Shown here: positions 25,990 to 39,327 of the stretch, piece after piece
How the letters are laid out: each line of letters opens with the position of its first letter
How positions within the stretch are numbered: the stretch's first letter is position 1
Source of the DNA: Ginglymostoma cirratum
Lineage: Eukaryota
NCBI GenBank assembly: GCA_024137785.1
Contig: JAHRHZ010000085.1
Span: forward strand, 1,709,651-1,773,650
Direction of reading: 5' to 3'
Length of the DNA: 64,000 nt
The notes under the pieces: model-generated
Told to the model about the DNA's origin: nothing
What the model saw: only the letters and a program-made list of their open reading frames with translations
The model's database searches: none
Program-made: the position numbers and the translations under genes

Positions 25990-26920
25990 TCCCTGAAATG
26001 GGCAACAGAAGTGAATAAGGTAGTCAAGATGGCATATAGCATGCTTGCCTCCATTGACCAGGGCATAGAGTTTAAAACTTGCTAAGTCATGCTGAGTTAT
26101 AGAAAATGGAAGCAGACCCTTCATCAAACTCACCCATGCTGACCAAGTTTCCCAAACTAAACGTGTCCCACTTGCCTGCATTTAAACCATATCCCTCTAA
26201 ACCGTTCCTATTCATGTGCATTTCCAACTGTATTTTAAATTTTATAATTGTACCTGCATCTATCACTTCCTCTGGCAGTTCATTCCAAATATGAACTGTC
26301 TTCTCTGTTGAAAGGTTGCCACTCAGGCCTCTTTTAAATCTTTCTCCTCCCACCTTAAAACATGTCCTCTAGTTTGGAATTCCCTTAACTTTGGTTTTCA
26401 CCTTATCTACACCTCTCATGATTTTGAATATAACCTCTACAAGGCCACCCCTCAACCTCCTACCCTTCCATGAAACAAGTTCCAGACTGTCTTTGGACAG
26501 GAGTAAGGAAACTTTTACCAGGATGTTGCTTGGCTTGAAGGGTATTAGCTAAGAGGAGACATTAGGCTAATTTGATGTGTTTTTACTTGGATGTCAGAGG
26601 CTGAGAGGTGACCTGATGAAAGTTTACAAAATTATGAGAGGTATATCTATCACTAGGTGTCATAGATTTCAGGTAAAAGGGGGAAAGTTTAAAGGAGATG
26701 TGAGTGATAAACATTTACACAGAATGTTGTAAGTGCCTGGAAGGCACTGCCAGAGGAAGTGGTGAAGACAGATACAACAGAAATGCTTAAGAGGCACCTT
26801 GACAGCTATATGAATAATCAAGGAAGAGAGGGATACAGACAGTACAGAGGCAAAAGTGCTTTAATTTAGAAAGCGCAGGCTCGGTGGGCCAAAGGGCCTG
26901 TTTGTCTGCTGTACATTTTA
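25990..26920. mobile_element. CR1 3' fragments (plus-strand copy interrupted by a minus-strand copy at about 26100-26490)
   Basis: Minus ORF 26087-26353 (VHIWNELPEEVIDAGTI). Plus-strand remnants of the RLRGDL and WKALPEEV motifs. Confidence 0.7.
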
Positions 26921-27673
26921 CTTGTGACTATTCAGTCCAAGCCTGAATGTCAACCAGATCTTGCTGCATGTTGGCACTAATTGTATTTCTGACAATATGG
27001 TACAAAAAGGGTACAAAAATTGGGAGGTCTTGCTACAAATGTACAGAGCATTGGTGAAACAGCAACTACCGTATGAACAGAGTTTTAACGTCCTAATTTA
27101 AAGTGAGATGCGCTTGTGTGACAAGCAGTTTATAAAATGATCAGTCAGCTGATTCTTGCAGTTTATCCATTGCCTCATGAGGGAAAAAGATTAAAAGCTC
27201 TTCCATGAGATGGTGGCATCACTCTCGTGGCCAGTATTTACTGCCTTGCCTAATTGCTGTAGAGAGGTCGGTGGTGGTCTTGCTTTGTTAATCACAACAT
27301 GGACCATGGAAATGTCAATCAGTCAGTTCCAGGGTTTGATGGAGTGGCATTAAAGAAGCAGTGACATAGTCCCATATCAGGGTGGGTGTTCCCATGTATC
27401 TGCTGCCCTTAGAACTCATAGAGATTGCATGGTTTGAAGGTGCAGTTGAAGAAGCCACCGTGAGTTGCAACAGTGCATCTTGTTCATAGTACACACTGCA
27501 GCTAATGTGTTTCTCTGCAAGAGTGAATGAATATGAAAAAGGTTGTGTATATACCCACTGGAGTTCAGAAAAAAAAAGAAGAAACAAGAGTTAACTTGTT
27601 GAAACTTAGGCTTTTTATTTAATGCATTCACTTGTGAGATGTGAGCATCATTATCTGGGCCAGTAATTATTGC

Positions 27674-27908
27674 CTGTTAAAACTCGAAATTGCCAGAAAA
27701 CCTCAGCAGGTCTGGCAGCATCTGTGGAAAGAAATCAAAGTTAACTTTTTGGGTCAAGTGATCCTTCCTGAGAACTGTTCTAGGGAAGTCACTCGGACCA
27801 AAATGTTAACTCTGATTTCTCTCCACAGATGCTACCAGACCTGCTGAGCTTTTCCAGCAATTTCTATTTTTGTCTCTGATTTACAGCATCCACAGTTCTT
27901 TCAATTTT
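27674..27908. mobile_element. Hairpin Penelope-terminus insertion
   Basis: Inverted arms ctcagcaggtctggcagcatctgtgga / tccacagatgctaccagacctgctgag. 10-bp TSD taattattgc at 27664-27673 and 27909-27918. Confidence 0.8.
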
Positions 27909-29124
27909 TAATTATTGCTTAACCCTAGTTGCCCTTGAGAATGTGGTGGTGAGTTGCCTCTTTAAACCACTGTCGTCCATATTCTGCAGGTAGATCTACA
28001 ATGGTAATGGGGACTATGACAATAACAGTAATTTTCCAATTAGAAAGATTAGTGGCTTCGAAGGGAATTTGCAGCTCATGATGCTCGCATGTACCTGCTT
28101 CCATTGTCCTTCGAGATGGAAGTTATTGTGGGTTAAATGTTCCTGTCTAAAGATCTTTGGTGAATTCCTGCAGTTCTTCTTGTAGCTATTCAACACTGCT
28201 GCTACTGAACATCAGTGATAGAGGGAGTGAATGTTGATGGATGTAGTGCCAATCAAATGAGCTACTTTGTCCTAGATGGTGTCAAGCTTTTTGCGTGTTG
28301 TTGAAGCTTTACACACCCAGACAAATGGGGTGTATTCTATCACAATTCTGACTCGTGCATTGTAGATGTTGGCCAGACTCTGGGGCATCAGAAGGTGAAT
28401 TACTCACTACAATATTCATAGCCCCTGACCTGTTCTTGTAGCCCCTGTATTTATATGACTAGGCCAGTTCAGTTTCTGGTCCATTTTAAACCCCAGGATA
28501 TTGATTGCAGAGGGTTTAGTGATGATAATGTCATTGAATATCAAGTGCCAGTGATTAGATTTTCTCTTTTTGGAGATGATCATTGCTCATAATTTGTGTA
28601 TTATGAATGTTATTTGTCACTTTTTCAGGTGAAGTCTGGATAATAACCAAGCTTAATTTATTTCTTTGTGGGCTATAACAAGACAGTAACTAATGTCTAT
28701 GTACCACCTGAAAATAAATGGCTTAAACAGTAGGCTAAACTCTTGCAGTGGACTCCACCTATGTGGTGACAATGGTTAAGGAGCTAGTCTCAGTGTAACA
28801 GCACTGAAATCTGTGATTTGAAGAATTAGGTATACTGTCACATTTGGATCAATGGCAGACATAAGCTTGCATTCTGTGGCCTTAGAATACAGCCCAAATG
28901 TAGTGTAAACATTTTAAAGGACTGTAACAATGTAACACTGTTGGATAAATGGAATAGGTGTAGAGACCAATTGTATCAGTGTAACACCATCAGAGAGTGT
29001 TCTGTAAACAACTAAATTGTCTCAGGTTCATTGTTGCTAATTAATGGTTTAAACAGCAGGGTGGACTGTCTCGGTGGAGGGATGTCGGAAGATCTGAATG
29101 GGATGAAGCTGTTTCATAACACCC

Positions 29125-29615
29125 CTTCAGTTGATTAGAAAGCATCCTAACCGGATGCATCACATCTTGATATGGCAATTATTCTGCCCAAGACCATGGG
29201 AAATTTCAGAAAGTTGTAAATGTAGCCCAGTGCATCACCAAAACCAATCTTCCTTCCAGTGACTCTGTCTACAATTCCCGCTGCCTCAGGGAAGCAGCCA
29301 ACATAATCATAGATCCTCCCACCCCTTTTATACTTTCTTCCACCCTCTTCCATTGGGCAGAAGATGCAACAGTTTGAAAACACGTTGAAACAGATTTAAG
29401 AACAGCTTCTTCCCTGCTGTTATCAGACTTATGAATGGGCCTCTCATATATTACAGTCGATCTTTCTCTCCTTCTCTGTTGCTGTAATGCTATATGCCGC
29501 ACTCTGTTCCATTAGCCTGATGTACCTATATAAGGTCTGATTTGTCTGGATAGCATGCAATGCAATATTTTTAACTGCATCTTAGTACATGTGACAATAA
29601 TAAATCAAATCAGAT
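29125..29615 (+). mobile_element. Rex1/Babar-type LINE 3' end
   Basis: Encodes ESILTGCITS*YG..., ...RFKNSFFPAVIRLMN. Ends aataataaatcaaatcagatc. Confidence 0.7.
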
Positions 29616-30066
29616 CATGGCTGGTCATTGCCATTATTGCCCAAAACCTGTTTTATTGATGTATCCCTTGATGCCATTAGAAGAACAAGACTATATCACT
29701 AAAATAGTACCACATTTAAAGGCATGCAAACTGCAAAGATATACAGAAATGGATAAGAGAATTGAGTATTCACATAAAAGATACTTAGTGGTGCAGGACG
29801 CATGAAGCAAGTTGTTACAAAATGAAATTAAGTACCATTAGATGTATAAATCAAAGCACATTTAACTGAGAGTTATATGTTTTTTCTTGTCTCCTTCCCT
29901 TTCTAAACAAAGGTGTTACATTGGTATTTTTCCACTCTTCTGGGACTTATCGTGAATCTAAGGGTTCATGAACAATTACCACAATACATCCACTATCCCT
30001 GCAGTTATTTCTCTTAGTGTTCCAGGCTGCAGTATTCAGTTCTATGCAAGGCATAAGTTTAAGGAG

Positions 30067-30312
30067 AAAAAAAAAGAACAAAAACAAAGTTGCTGCAAAA
30101 GCTCAGCAGGTCTGGCAGCATCTGTGAAGGAGAAAACAGAGTTAACGTTTCGGGTCTGGTGACCCTTCCTCAGAACTTGTGTTCTCAGAACTCACCGGAC
30201 CTGAAATGATAACTCTGTTTTCTCCTTCACAGATGCTGCAAGACCTGCTGAGCTTTTCCGGCAACTTTGTTTTTGTTCTTGATTTACAGCATCTGCAGTT
30301 ATTTTGGTTTTT
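30067..30312. mobile_element. Hairpin Penelope-terminus insertion (non-coding) with an intact hammerhead
   Basis: About 110-nt inverted arms. Perfect 14-bp TSD ataagtttaaggag (30053-30066 / 30313-30326). The site is empty in duplication copy 1 (about 11945). Confidence 0.88.
30140..30177 (-). ncRNA. Minimal type I hammerhead ribozyme motif (Penelope-associated)
   Basis: Minus strand reads AGUU-CUGAGGA-A-GGGUC(ACCA)GACCC-GAAA-CG-UU/AACU: CUGANGA and GAAA boxes, 5-bp helix II, 4-bp helix I, palindromic ACGU mini-helix III. Confidence 0.75.
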
Positions 30313-30776
30313 ATAAGTTTAAGGAGTCTGTGAGGTTGTCGAGGGGATTTTCTCCTTACATTATGGATGAGGAATTTCGTTTAAGTTGTAAGACTGCAGA
30401 AATAGGGCTTGTTTTTCACTGTCATTCAAGACCAATTGAACAGAAGTGGTCAAGACCATGATATAATCAATGAAAATGAAATGTTCATCTTCACATAATT
30501 ATAGAAACCAGAAAACCCAAGTGAAAAGTAAATGAAAAGTGAAGTAGAGAGGAGCTGGAAATCAAACTATTTAAGCATTGAGTTGTTATGGTGTGGAATA
30601 GCCTGCCGACAGGATAGTGGAGCCTGGTACAAGAGTAACATCCAGAGACGAAATGGATAAACCCTTCAAAAGAAGAATCAATAAAGACTTTCTCTGATCT
30701 CTGCTGTGAGTTTAGAGATTCTCTGCTCAGACATAAAATTATTAATCTGATGGAATTGAATTCCAATGCATGCAAA

Positions 30777-31678
30777 CTATTGCACTTGCTGTTTGATGGA
30801 TCTGAGAATCAGCGTGAAAGGGAGCTTCATAACTGTTTTCAGCTGCTCACGGAATTGGCTTTGGGTCACTGTGTATATGCAAGTGTTTGTACAAGTACTG
30901 AGGAGCTGAAGCAGGTATCCAATGGTACCTGCAATTGGGGAGAGTGGAGAATAATCATGCAATAATGCAATTCGTTGATAAAGGAAACATAGCACATAAG
31001 GGGTCCATAAAATAATGAAGCTGCCTGAAATAGAAAAGAGTAAAATGATGGATTTTCTGCGTTTGTCCATCTCTGAGTCACTGGGCCTCTCCCTGTCACT
31101 GACCTTCTGGAGTCTCCTGCGGGCTTTGCTTGCTACTAAAACATGTCTGACGGTCAGTGTGTTCAAAAGAAGAATAATAACAAATGGCAGTAAAGGGGAT
31201 AGAAGGCGATGGAATATTTCATATATTGTCCAGAAGATTGAAGTGTAATACTCTGGGCTTGTGATGCAAAACCATTGCAACTTATTTAAGACATACTTAG
31301 ATTTGAATTTGAAAAACCAGGGAATGCTTTCCAAATAGCTCAGTACACTTACTGTTCCAGTAATCACTGTTGCAGTTCTCTCAGTGCAGTATTTGGTTTT
31401 AAGCTTCTGGCAGCAAATAGCCACAAATCGATCAAAGGTGAAAGCAACCGTCAGCCACACCGAATTCATTGTGGTTGCAGGAATGAGCACCATAACCAAA
31501 CTACAAACATGAGTAATATCCAGGAAAGATACTGGAAAATAAATAATTAGCCACCTCAGCATCACATCACAGATGACAACGAGGAAATCAGCTGCTGCCA
31601 TTGCAATCAGATACCGGGTAATACAGTTGGAGAGGCTGCAGTTCCTTCGGGTAAGGATCACAATCGCCAACAAGTTAA
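30777..31678 (-). CDS. Orphan class A GPCR (GPR139/GPR142-like family), paralogue 2, coding exon 2
   Basis: Same 7TM motifs as paralogue 1, about 85% aa identity by my count. Acceptor ggcag|TTAAC, phase 1. With exon 1 it gives 987 nt = 328 aa + stop. Confidence 0.93.
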
Positions 31679-31879
31679 CTGCCATGAATAAACATAATCA
31701 GGTCAATAGGTTTAATACATGAGTTTTACCAGATCTTATGTTGAATTTGCTGCATCAAAAATTTGATAATTTCATCTGATTCTACATGTGTTTCTTTTCA
31801 CAAACAATACTTTGAAAAGAAACAAAACATTTATTTTTACCCAGTAGCAAGGATTTGAAGTAATACCAATCTGAAAAAA

Positions 31880-34800
31880 ACATGCATGAACACTCCCCAA
31901 GATCCATTGCAGTAAATGTTCTAGGCACCACCATCACTATCACTGGATATGCTGTGTCCCATCAGCAGAACAGACCAAGCAGAGGCTGCAACACGGTAGT
32001 ATACAGGCAGGAGAGAGCTTTATTGGAAGTCTGCAACATTGATTCTAGACTTCATGAAGTCTCATGGCATCAGACTAAACATGGGCAAGGAAACCTCCAA
32101 TTGTTTATCATGTACTGTTCTCACTCAGCTAATGAATTAGTATTCCTCCATGTTGAATAACACTTGGAGAAAGCACTGAAGGTGACAAGTGTGCAAAATG
32201 TACTCAGGCTGGGAAGATTTCATATTCAACTCCAAGAGTGGCTCAGCACTACTGATAAAGCTGTTCAAGTCAGAAAGGACATTGCTGCTAGATTGCATCT
32301 GTGGCAGGTGGTGAACACCATGGAAAAACATACTTGACCTCATCTTTACAAATATGCCAGCTGCAAGTGCATCTGTCCACGATAGTACTTGTAAGAGTGA
32401 CCACTGCACTGTCTTTTTGGAAACAAAGTCCCAGCTTCACACTGAGAATACCCTCCATAGTGTAATGGTGCTAAGTGGGACAGACTTTGAACGGATCTAG
32501 AAACTCAAGTCTGGGCATCAATGAGGCAATGAGGGCCATCAGCAGCAGAATAATCATAATCTAACACAATCTGCAACATCATGGGCCAGCATATTCCTCA
32601 CTCTGCCATTACCATCAAGCCAGTGGGCTCAACCCTAGTTCAATGGAGATTGCAGGAGGGCACGCCAGGATCAGCACAAGGCATACCTAAAAATGAGATG
32701 TCAACACGGCAAAGCTAACAAAAAGGGCACTTGTGTGCCAAAACAGCATAAACTGCAAGTGTTAGAAAGAGCCAAGCAATTCTGCAACCATGAACTGAAG
32801 TCTAGGCTCTGCAGCCCTATCCTATCCAGTACTGCATTGTGATGGACAATTAAAAACTTACTGCAGGAGTAGAAGACTACACCAATATCCACATCCTCAG
32901 TGATGGAAGATACAAGCTCGTCAAGGTAAAAGATAACTCTGGAGAAATGCCAAGTAGATAATCCATTTTAGCCTGCTCTAGTGGTCCCCATCATCACAGA
33001 TGCCAGTCTTTAGCTAATTTGACTCACTCCACATGATATCAGGAAGCCTTTAGAGGAACCAATTGATATAAAAGATATGGATCATGATAACATTCCAGCA
33101 GTAGTATTAAAGGTTTGTGCATCAAAGCCTAATGCCAGCCAAGCAGTTGCAGTTCAGTTACAGCATTGGCATCTACTGGACAGTGTGAAAAATTGCCCAG
33201 TGTGAAAAATCACTCAAGAGTGATGAATGCACAATGTTCAGCACCATTCACGATGCCTCAGATAGTAAAGTGTTTTATGTTCAAATGCAACAAGACTTGG
33301 ACTGTATTTAGGTTTGGGCTGACAAACAGAACTTAAATTTTGCACTACACAATTACCAGCTCCAATTTGAGATAATTTAACCACCACCTTTGACATTCAA
33401 TAGCGTTACCATTACTGAACTCCCTATAATCGACATCCTTAGAGTTACCATTGACAAAAAAAAGCTCAACTGGACTCTGTGTAAAATACAACATAAAAAC
33501 CAAAAGAACTGCAGATGCTATAAATCAGGAACAAAATCAAAGTTGCTGGAAAATCTCAGCAGGTCTGGCAACATCTGTGAAGGAGAAAACAGAGTTAACG
33601 TTTTGGGTCCGGTGACCCTTCCTCAGAACTGATGATGGCTGGGAAAATGAGAGTTTATATGCAGAAAATAGGGGGATGGTTGGGGTAGGGAGTAAACGAC
33701 AGGATAGAGCCTGAAGAGAGAGAAAGACAGTTGGACAGACAAAGGAGTTGCTAATGATCAGGCTGGCAGGGTGAATAGTTGTTAATGGGGACTGTTAGTG
33801 ACTAACAATAGGAGGTGTGTAATGGCAGGCTATGTGGTTACAAAGCCTGGTGTGTGGTGTGGGGGGCTGGGACATGGGAGAGGTTAGGCCCTAAAATTAT
33901 TGAACTCAATATTCAGTCCGGAGGGCTGTAGGGTCCCCAAGTGGAAAATGGGGTGTTGTTCCTCCAGCTTGTGTTGGGCTTCACTGGAACACTGTAGCAA
34001 GCCAGAGACAGAGATGTTGGTCAGAGAGCAGGGTGGTGTGTTGAAATGGCAGACAATGGGTAGTTCAGGGTCTTTTTTGCGAGTAGAACGTAGATGTTCT
34101 GTGAAGCGGTCGCCAAGTCTATGCTTCGTTTCCCCAATGTAGAGGAGACCACATTGTGAGAAACGAATGCAGTAGACTAGATTCTGGGAAGGGCAGATGA
34201 AGTGTTGCTTCACCTGGACGGTATGTTTGGGCCTTTGGATACTGGGGAGGGAGGAGGTAAATGGGCAGGTGTTGCACTTTTGCCAGTTACAGGGGAAGGT
34301 GCCGTAGGGCTGTGGGGTAGTGTTGAGGGTGAAAGAAGTGTGGACCAGCCGTTGTAAAATACAATGGCTACAAGAGTAAATAAGAAGCTAGTAATATTGC
34401 AGTGAGTGACTTACTTCCTGACTCCCAAATCCTGTCCACCATCTGCAATGTACAATTCAGGAGTATGATGGACTACTCTCCACTTGCCTTGAAGCTTCAA
34501 CAGCACTCAAGAAGATTGACACAATCCAGGACAAAGCAGTCTCTTTGTTTGGCACCACATCCACAAGCATTTACTCTATCCATCACCGACACCTAGTAGC
34601 TGCAGTGTGTACTGTCTACAAGATGCACTGCACAAATTTGTTAAGATCCTCAGACAGCACCTTCCAAACTCATAATCACTTCCATCCAGAACCATCAGGG
34701 TGGCAGGTACATGCAAATGCCAGCAGCTGCTGATCCTCCACCATGCCGCTCACCAACATGGCCTAGAAATAGATCACTGCTCTTTCCATGTTGTTGGTCA

Positions 34801-34950
34801 AAATCCTTCAATTTCCAATTGTGAGTCTACCTACAGCACATGGACTGCAGTGGTTCAAGACGGCAGATGACCACCTCCTTCTCAAGGGCAACTAGGGATG
34901 GTCAATAAATGCTGGCCAGCTAGCAACGACCATGTTCCATGAGAGAACAA
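31880..34950 (+). mobile_element. Decayed APE-RT LINE in the paralogue 2 intron (duplicate of 13310-16015)
   Basis: Colinear with the copy 1 intronic LINE, with an internal deletion and a Penelope insertion. Confidence 0.8.
33492..34352 (-). mobile_element. Penelope element, 5'-truncated (GIY-YIG end + terminal repeat)
   Basis: ORF 33884-34213 (NLVYCIRFSQCGLLYIGETKHRLGDRFTEH). 12-bp TSD tgtaaaatacaa (33480-33491 / 34353-34364). Same family as 48126-51655. Confidence 0.9.
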
Positions 34951-35674
34951 GGAAACATTAAATACTTTGTTAAAACTAACGTACACTGGAGCATGAGTTG
35001 TCTATTCAGCACTTAAGTCAGGAGACTTTGGATAAGATCATGGCTAAGTAGGTTGTTGTGTTAACTTCACTCATCTGTTTTTGACCAAAGGCAGGAATTT
35101 CCAATCAGTGGAAGTGGCTTTTCAGCATAACATATCCCCAAACAATGGAATAGTTGTCAAATGATCACTGAATTATGAACTCAAATCATGTTTATCATTC
35201 AAGTCTCCCAAGATTTTGTCTTCATTCAGTAAAGTATCATGCTAAATGTTGGCTCTGTTCACAACATTGCACTTTTTCTATTACTGACCCATTGTTATCC
35301 AGTGTTTCCATTATTTGAACATATCATTAACTATCTAAAATAAGACTACACATTGAAAGCACAATAGATATTTTGACATCAGCAGGTTCAGTGTTATTAT
35401 GTTAATCAAACGGCATAAGACTATCACTTTTAAAGATATGAAGGAATATTATTAAAGTATATTTTGGTTGAGAACCATTACATTTTGACAAGGGTACCAA
35501 ATGGTTCAGAGCTGATTTTGAAAAGATGGTAAAATATTGTTGAATAAACGGTTTTGGAAAAGAAACACTTCTCATAAGTGACATTATTTTGAGGTCCATT
35601 CTTGCTCAGATAATGGATCATTTTCAAACAGGAACTGTTGACCAACTACTCAAACGTGGACAGATAATACTTAC

Positions 35675-35759
35675 TGGACACTCCAACAGCGATGAGCACA
35701 GGGCAGTAAATGACCTCAACATCAGCAACTGTTGGTATCACATTGAAAGGATACTTCAT
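35675..35759 (-). CDS. GPR139-like GPCR paralogue 2, coding exon 1
   Basis: MKYPFNVIPTVADVEVIYCPVLIAVGVS A|gtaagt. 85 nt, phase 1. Confidence 0.88.
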
Positions 35760-37247
35760 TTTCTGTGTCAGACATTCAAACCCTTACTTGAAACTCTCAC
35801 TACCTCGAGGAATCTATAAACACAACAAACAAATCCTCCAAGGACATAATTAGTTTGCTATTACCAACAGTCCATTGAACAAACAGACCTGAAACTCGAA
35901 AAGAAATGGTATTGGAGTAGAGTGCAGAAATACCTAATGTAGACTGGGATCATAGAAACACGAAGCACTGAGAAAAATGGCTCTGCAAAGCATATGTTTG
36001 AATATCTGGCGAATGTTACAGAAGGATGCAGGGCTCATTTCACAAGTAGTTCCAATTTATTCATTTCATTCTTTCCCAAGATGTGAAAAAATTGGAAAAG
36101 CCAGGATTTGCTGTCCACGTATAAGTGTCATTGAGAAGTTAGTGGTGAGTGGTCTTTTTGTACCACCACTATCCATCTGGTGCAGGTTCACACGCATCCA
36201 GGTGCACACTTCATCAAGATGGAAAGTGCGAAAGCTGATTCTGAGATGAGGGCCCTGAATTTTATGAAGGGAAACTTGGATGGTACGAGGCACAAGTTAG
36301 CTACAACAGATTAGGAAAGGTTACTGAAAGGAATGACATTTGAGAGGCAATGACAAACATTCAGAGAGCAAATGGGTGAACCACAAAACTTGTTTGTTCT
36401 TGTTGGTATAAGAATACAAAGAGAACAGTGGCCAAACCATGGCATGTGAGGGAAGTAATTGTGCATTAGATGCCAAGGGAAGACATACAGATTGGCTAGA
36501 ATAAACAGTAGACCCAAGGATTGGGAATAGTTTCAACATCAGCAAAAGAGGATTAAGGACTTGCTTGAGAAGGCAAAAATAAAGCTTGAGGGTAAGCTTT
36601 TTGAGAGCGTAAGAACTGACTATAAAGGTTTCCGTGAGAATATAAAGAGAAAAAAATTGATGAAAACTAATGCAAGTCCCTTACAGTCAAAAGCAGTTGA
36701 GTTTATGATGTGGAATGAAGAAATGACTGGTGAATTAAATTTATACTTTGCTTCTATCTTCACAAAAGAGGACATGAATAACACACCAGAAATTAGAAGG
36801 AACATGGGTTTAGTGAGAGGGAGGAAATAAAACAAATATGCATTTGTAGAGAAATTGTGTTAGTGAAATTGATGGGATTGAAGCCTGAGTAAAGGCCAAG
36901 GTCTGCTAATCTACATCCAGGAGTACTTTAAGAAGTGACCTAGAAATAATAGATGTATTGGTGGTCATTTTCAAAGGTATTTTATACACTGGAACAGATT
37001 CTGCAGATTAGAGGATAGCTAATGTAACCCCACTGTATAAAAAGTGAGCTAGACAGAAAACAATGAATCATAGACCAATGAAGCTGGCATAAGTACAAGG
37101 AAAATCCTCAAGAATATTGTAGCAGGGCACTCAGAAAACAGTGTAAAATCTGAGACAACATGGATTTGCTAAAGGGAAACCGTGTTTGACAAATCTACTG
37201 AAATTCACCTGAGATGTAACTTCCAGAGTTGAACAGGGCAGCCAATA

Positions 37248-39025
37248 AGAACAAAGAACAAAGAACAAAGAAAATTACAGCACAAGAACAGGCCCTTCGG
37301 CCCTCCAAGCCTGCGCCAATCCATATCCTCTGTCTAAGCCTGTCATCTATTTTCTAAGGGTCTCTCCTTGTCCATCCATGTACCTGTCCAGATACATCTT
37401 AAAAGACACTAACATATCTGCGTCTACCACCTCCGCTGGCAACGTGTTCCAGGCACCCACCACCCTCTGCATAAAGAACTTTCCACGCATATCTCCCATA
37501 AATGTTCCTCCTCTCACTTTGAACTCATGACCCTTAGTAATTGAGTCCCCCACTCTGGGAAAAAGCTTCCTGTTATCCACCTTGTCTATACCCCTCATGA
37601 TTTTGCAGATCTTAATCAGGTCCCCCCTCAATCTCCTTCTTTCTAATGAAAATAATCCTAGTCTACTCAACCTTTCTTCATAGCTAGCACCCTCCATACC
37701 AGGCAACATCCTGGTGAACCTCCTCAGCACCCTCTCCAAAGCATCCACATCCTTTTGGTAATGTGGTGACCAGAACTGTACACAGTACTCTAAATGTGGC
37801 CGAACCAAAGTCTTATACAACTGTAACATGACATGCCAACTCTTGTACTCAATACCCCGTCCGATGAAGGAAAGCATGTTGTATGCCTTCTTGACTACTC
37901 TATCGACCTGCGTTGCCACCTTCAGGGAACAATGGACCTGAACACGCAGATCTCTCTGTACACCAATTTTCCCCAGGACTTTTCCATTTACTGTATAGTT
38001 TGCTCTTGAATTAGATCTTCCAAAATGCATCACCTCGCATTTGCCTGGATTGCACTCTATCTGCCATTTCTCCACCCAACTCTCCAATCTTTGTGTCATC
38101 TGCAAACTTGTTAATCGGACCACCTATACCTTCCTCCAAATCATTTATGTATATCACAAACAACAGTGGTTCCAACACAGACCCCTGTGGAACACTACTG
38201 GTAACAGGTCTCCAATTTGAGAAACCCCCTTCCACTACTACTCTCTGTCTCCCGTTGCCTAGCCAGTTTTTTATCCATCTAGCTAGCACACCCTGGACCC
38301 CATGCGACTTCACTTTCTCCATCAGCCTGCCATGGGGAACCTTATCAAATGCCTTACTGAAGTCCATGTATATGACATCTACAGCCTTTCCCTCATCAAT
38401 CAATTTTGTCATGTCTGCAAAGAATTCTATTAAATTGGTAAGACATGACCTTCCCTGCACAAAACCATGTTGTCTATCACTGATAAGCCCATTTTCTTCC
38501 AAATGAGAATAGATCCTATCCCTCAGTATCTTCTCCAGCAGCTTCCCCACCACTGACATCAGGCTCAGCGGTCGATAATTACCTGGATTATCCCTGCCAC
38601 CCCTTTTAAACAAGAGGACAACATTAGCAATTCTCCAGTCCTCTGGGACCTCACCCGTGTTTAAGGATGCTGCAAAGATATCTGTTAACGCCCCAGCTAT
38701 TTCCTCTCTCGCTTCTCACAATAACCTGGGATAGATCCCATCCGGACCTGGGGACATGTCCAACTTAATGCTTTTTAGGATACCCAGTACTTCCTCCCTC
38801 CTTATGCCGACTTGACCTAGAGTAATCAAACATCTATCCCTAACCTCAACATCCATCATGCCCCTCTCCTTGGTGAATACCGATGTAAAGTACTCGTTAA
38901 GAATGTCACCCATTTTCTCTGACTCAATGCATAACTTTCCTTCTTTGTCCTTAAGTGGGCCAATCCTTTCTCTAGTTACCCTCTTGCTCTTTATATATGA
39001 ATAAAAGGCTTTGGGATTTTCCTTA
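37248..39025 (-). mobile_element. Young CR1 (HER1-like) LINE, 5'-truncated
   Basis: Long ORFs 38011-38613 and 37347-38123 ([50 protein letters not shown]). Tail (TTCTTTG)n at 37248-37272. Confidence 0.95.
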
Positions 39026-39327
39026 ATGTATCTGGTTTATTTGGACTTCCATTATGCTTTAGAAAAAGTCTAACATAAAACATTAATGTATATAATTAAA
39101 GTGCACGGAATTGGATTATAGAAATTGGATAGAAAATTGATTAGCAGATAGGAAACAAAGTGTTGGAATAAATGGATCTTTTTCTGAACGTCAGGTAGTG
39201 ATTATTTGGTTACTGCAGAGATCAGTATAAGTTAATGATTTAGATGAGGGAGCTAAATGCAATATCTCAAATTTTGCAGGTCATAGAAACCTAGGTGGAA
39301 GGGTGAGCTGTGAGGAGGATGCAGAGT

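Noticed and set aside
31679-31685. In-frame ATG suggesting GPCR2 is single-exon (MAVNLL...)
   Set aside because: It overlaps the splice acceptor, is absent in paralogue 1 and would omit half of TM1. The conserved upstream exon explains the N-terminus.
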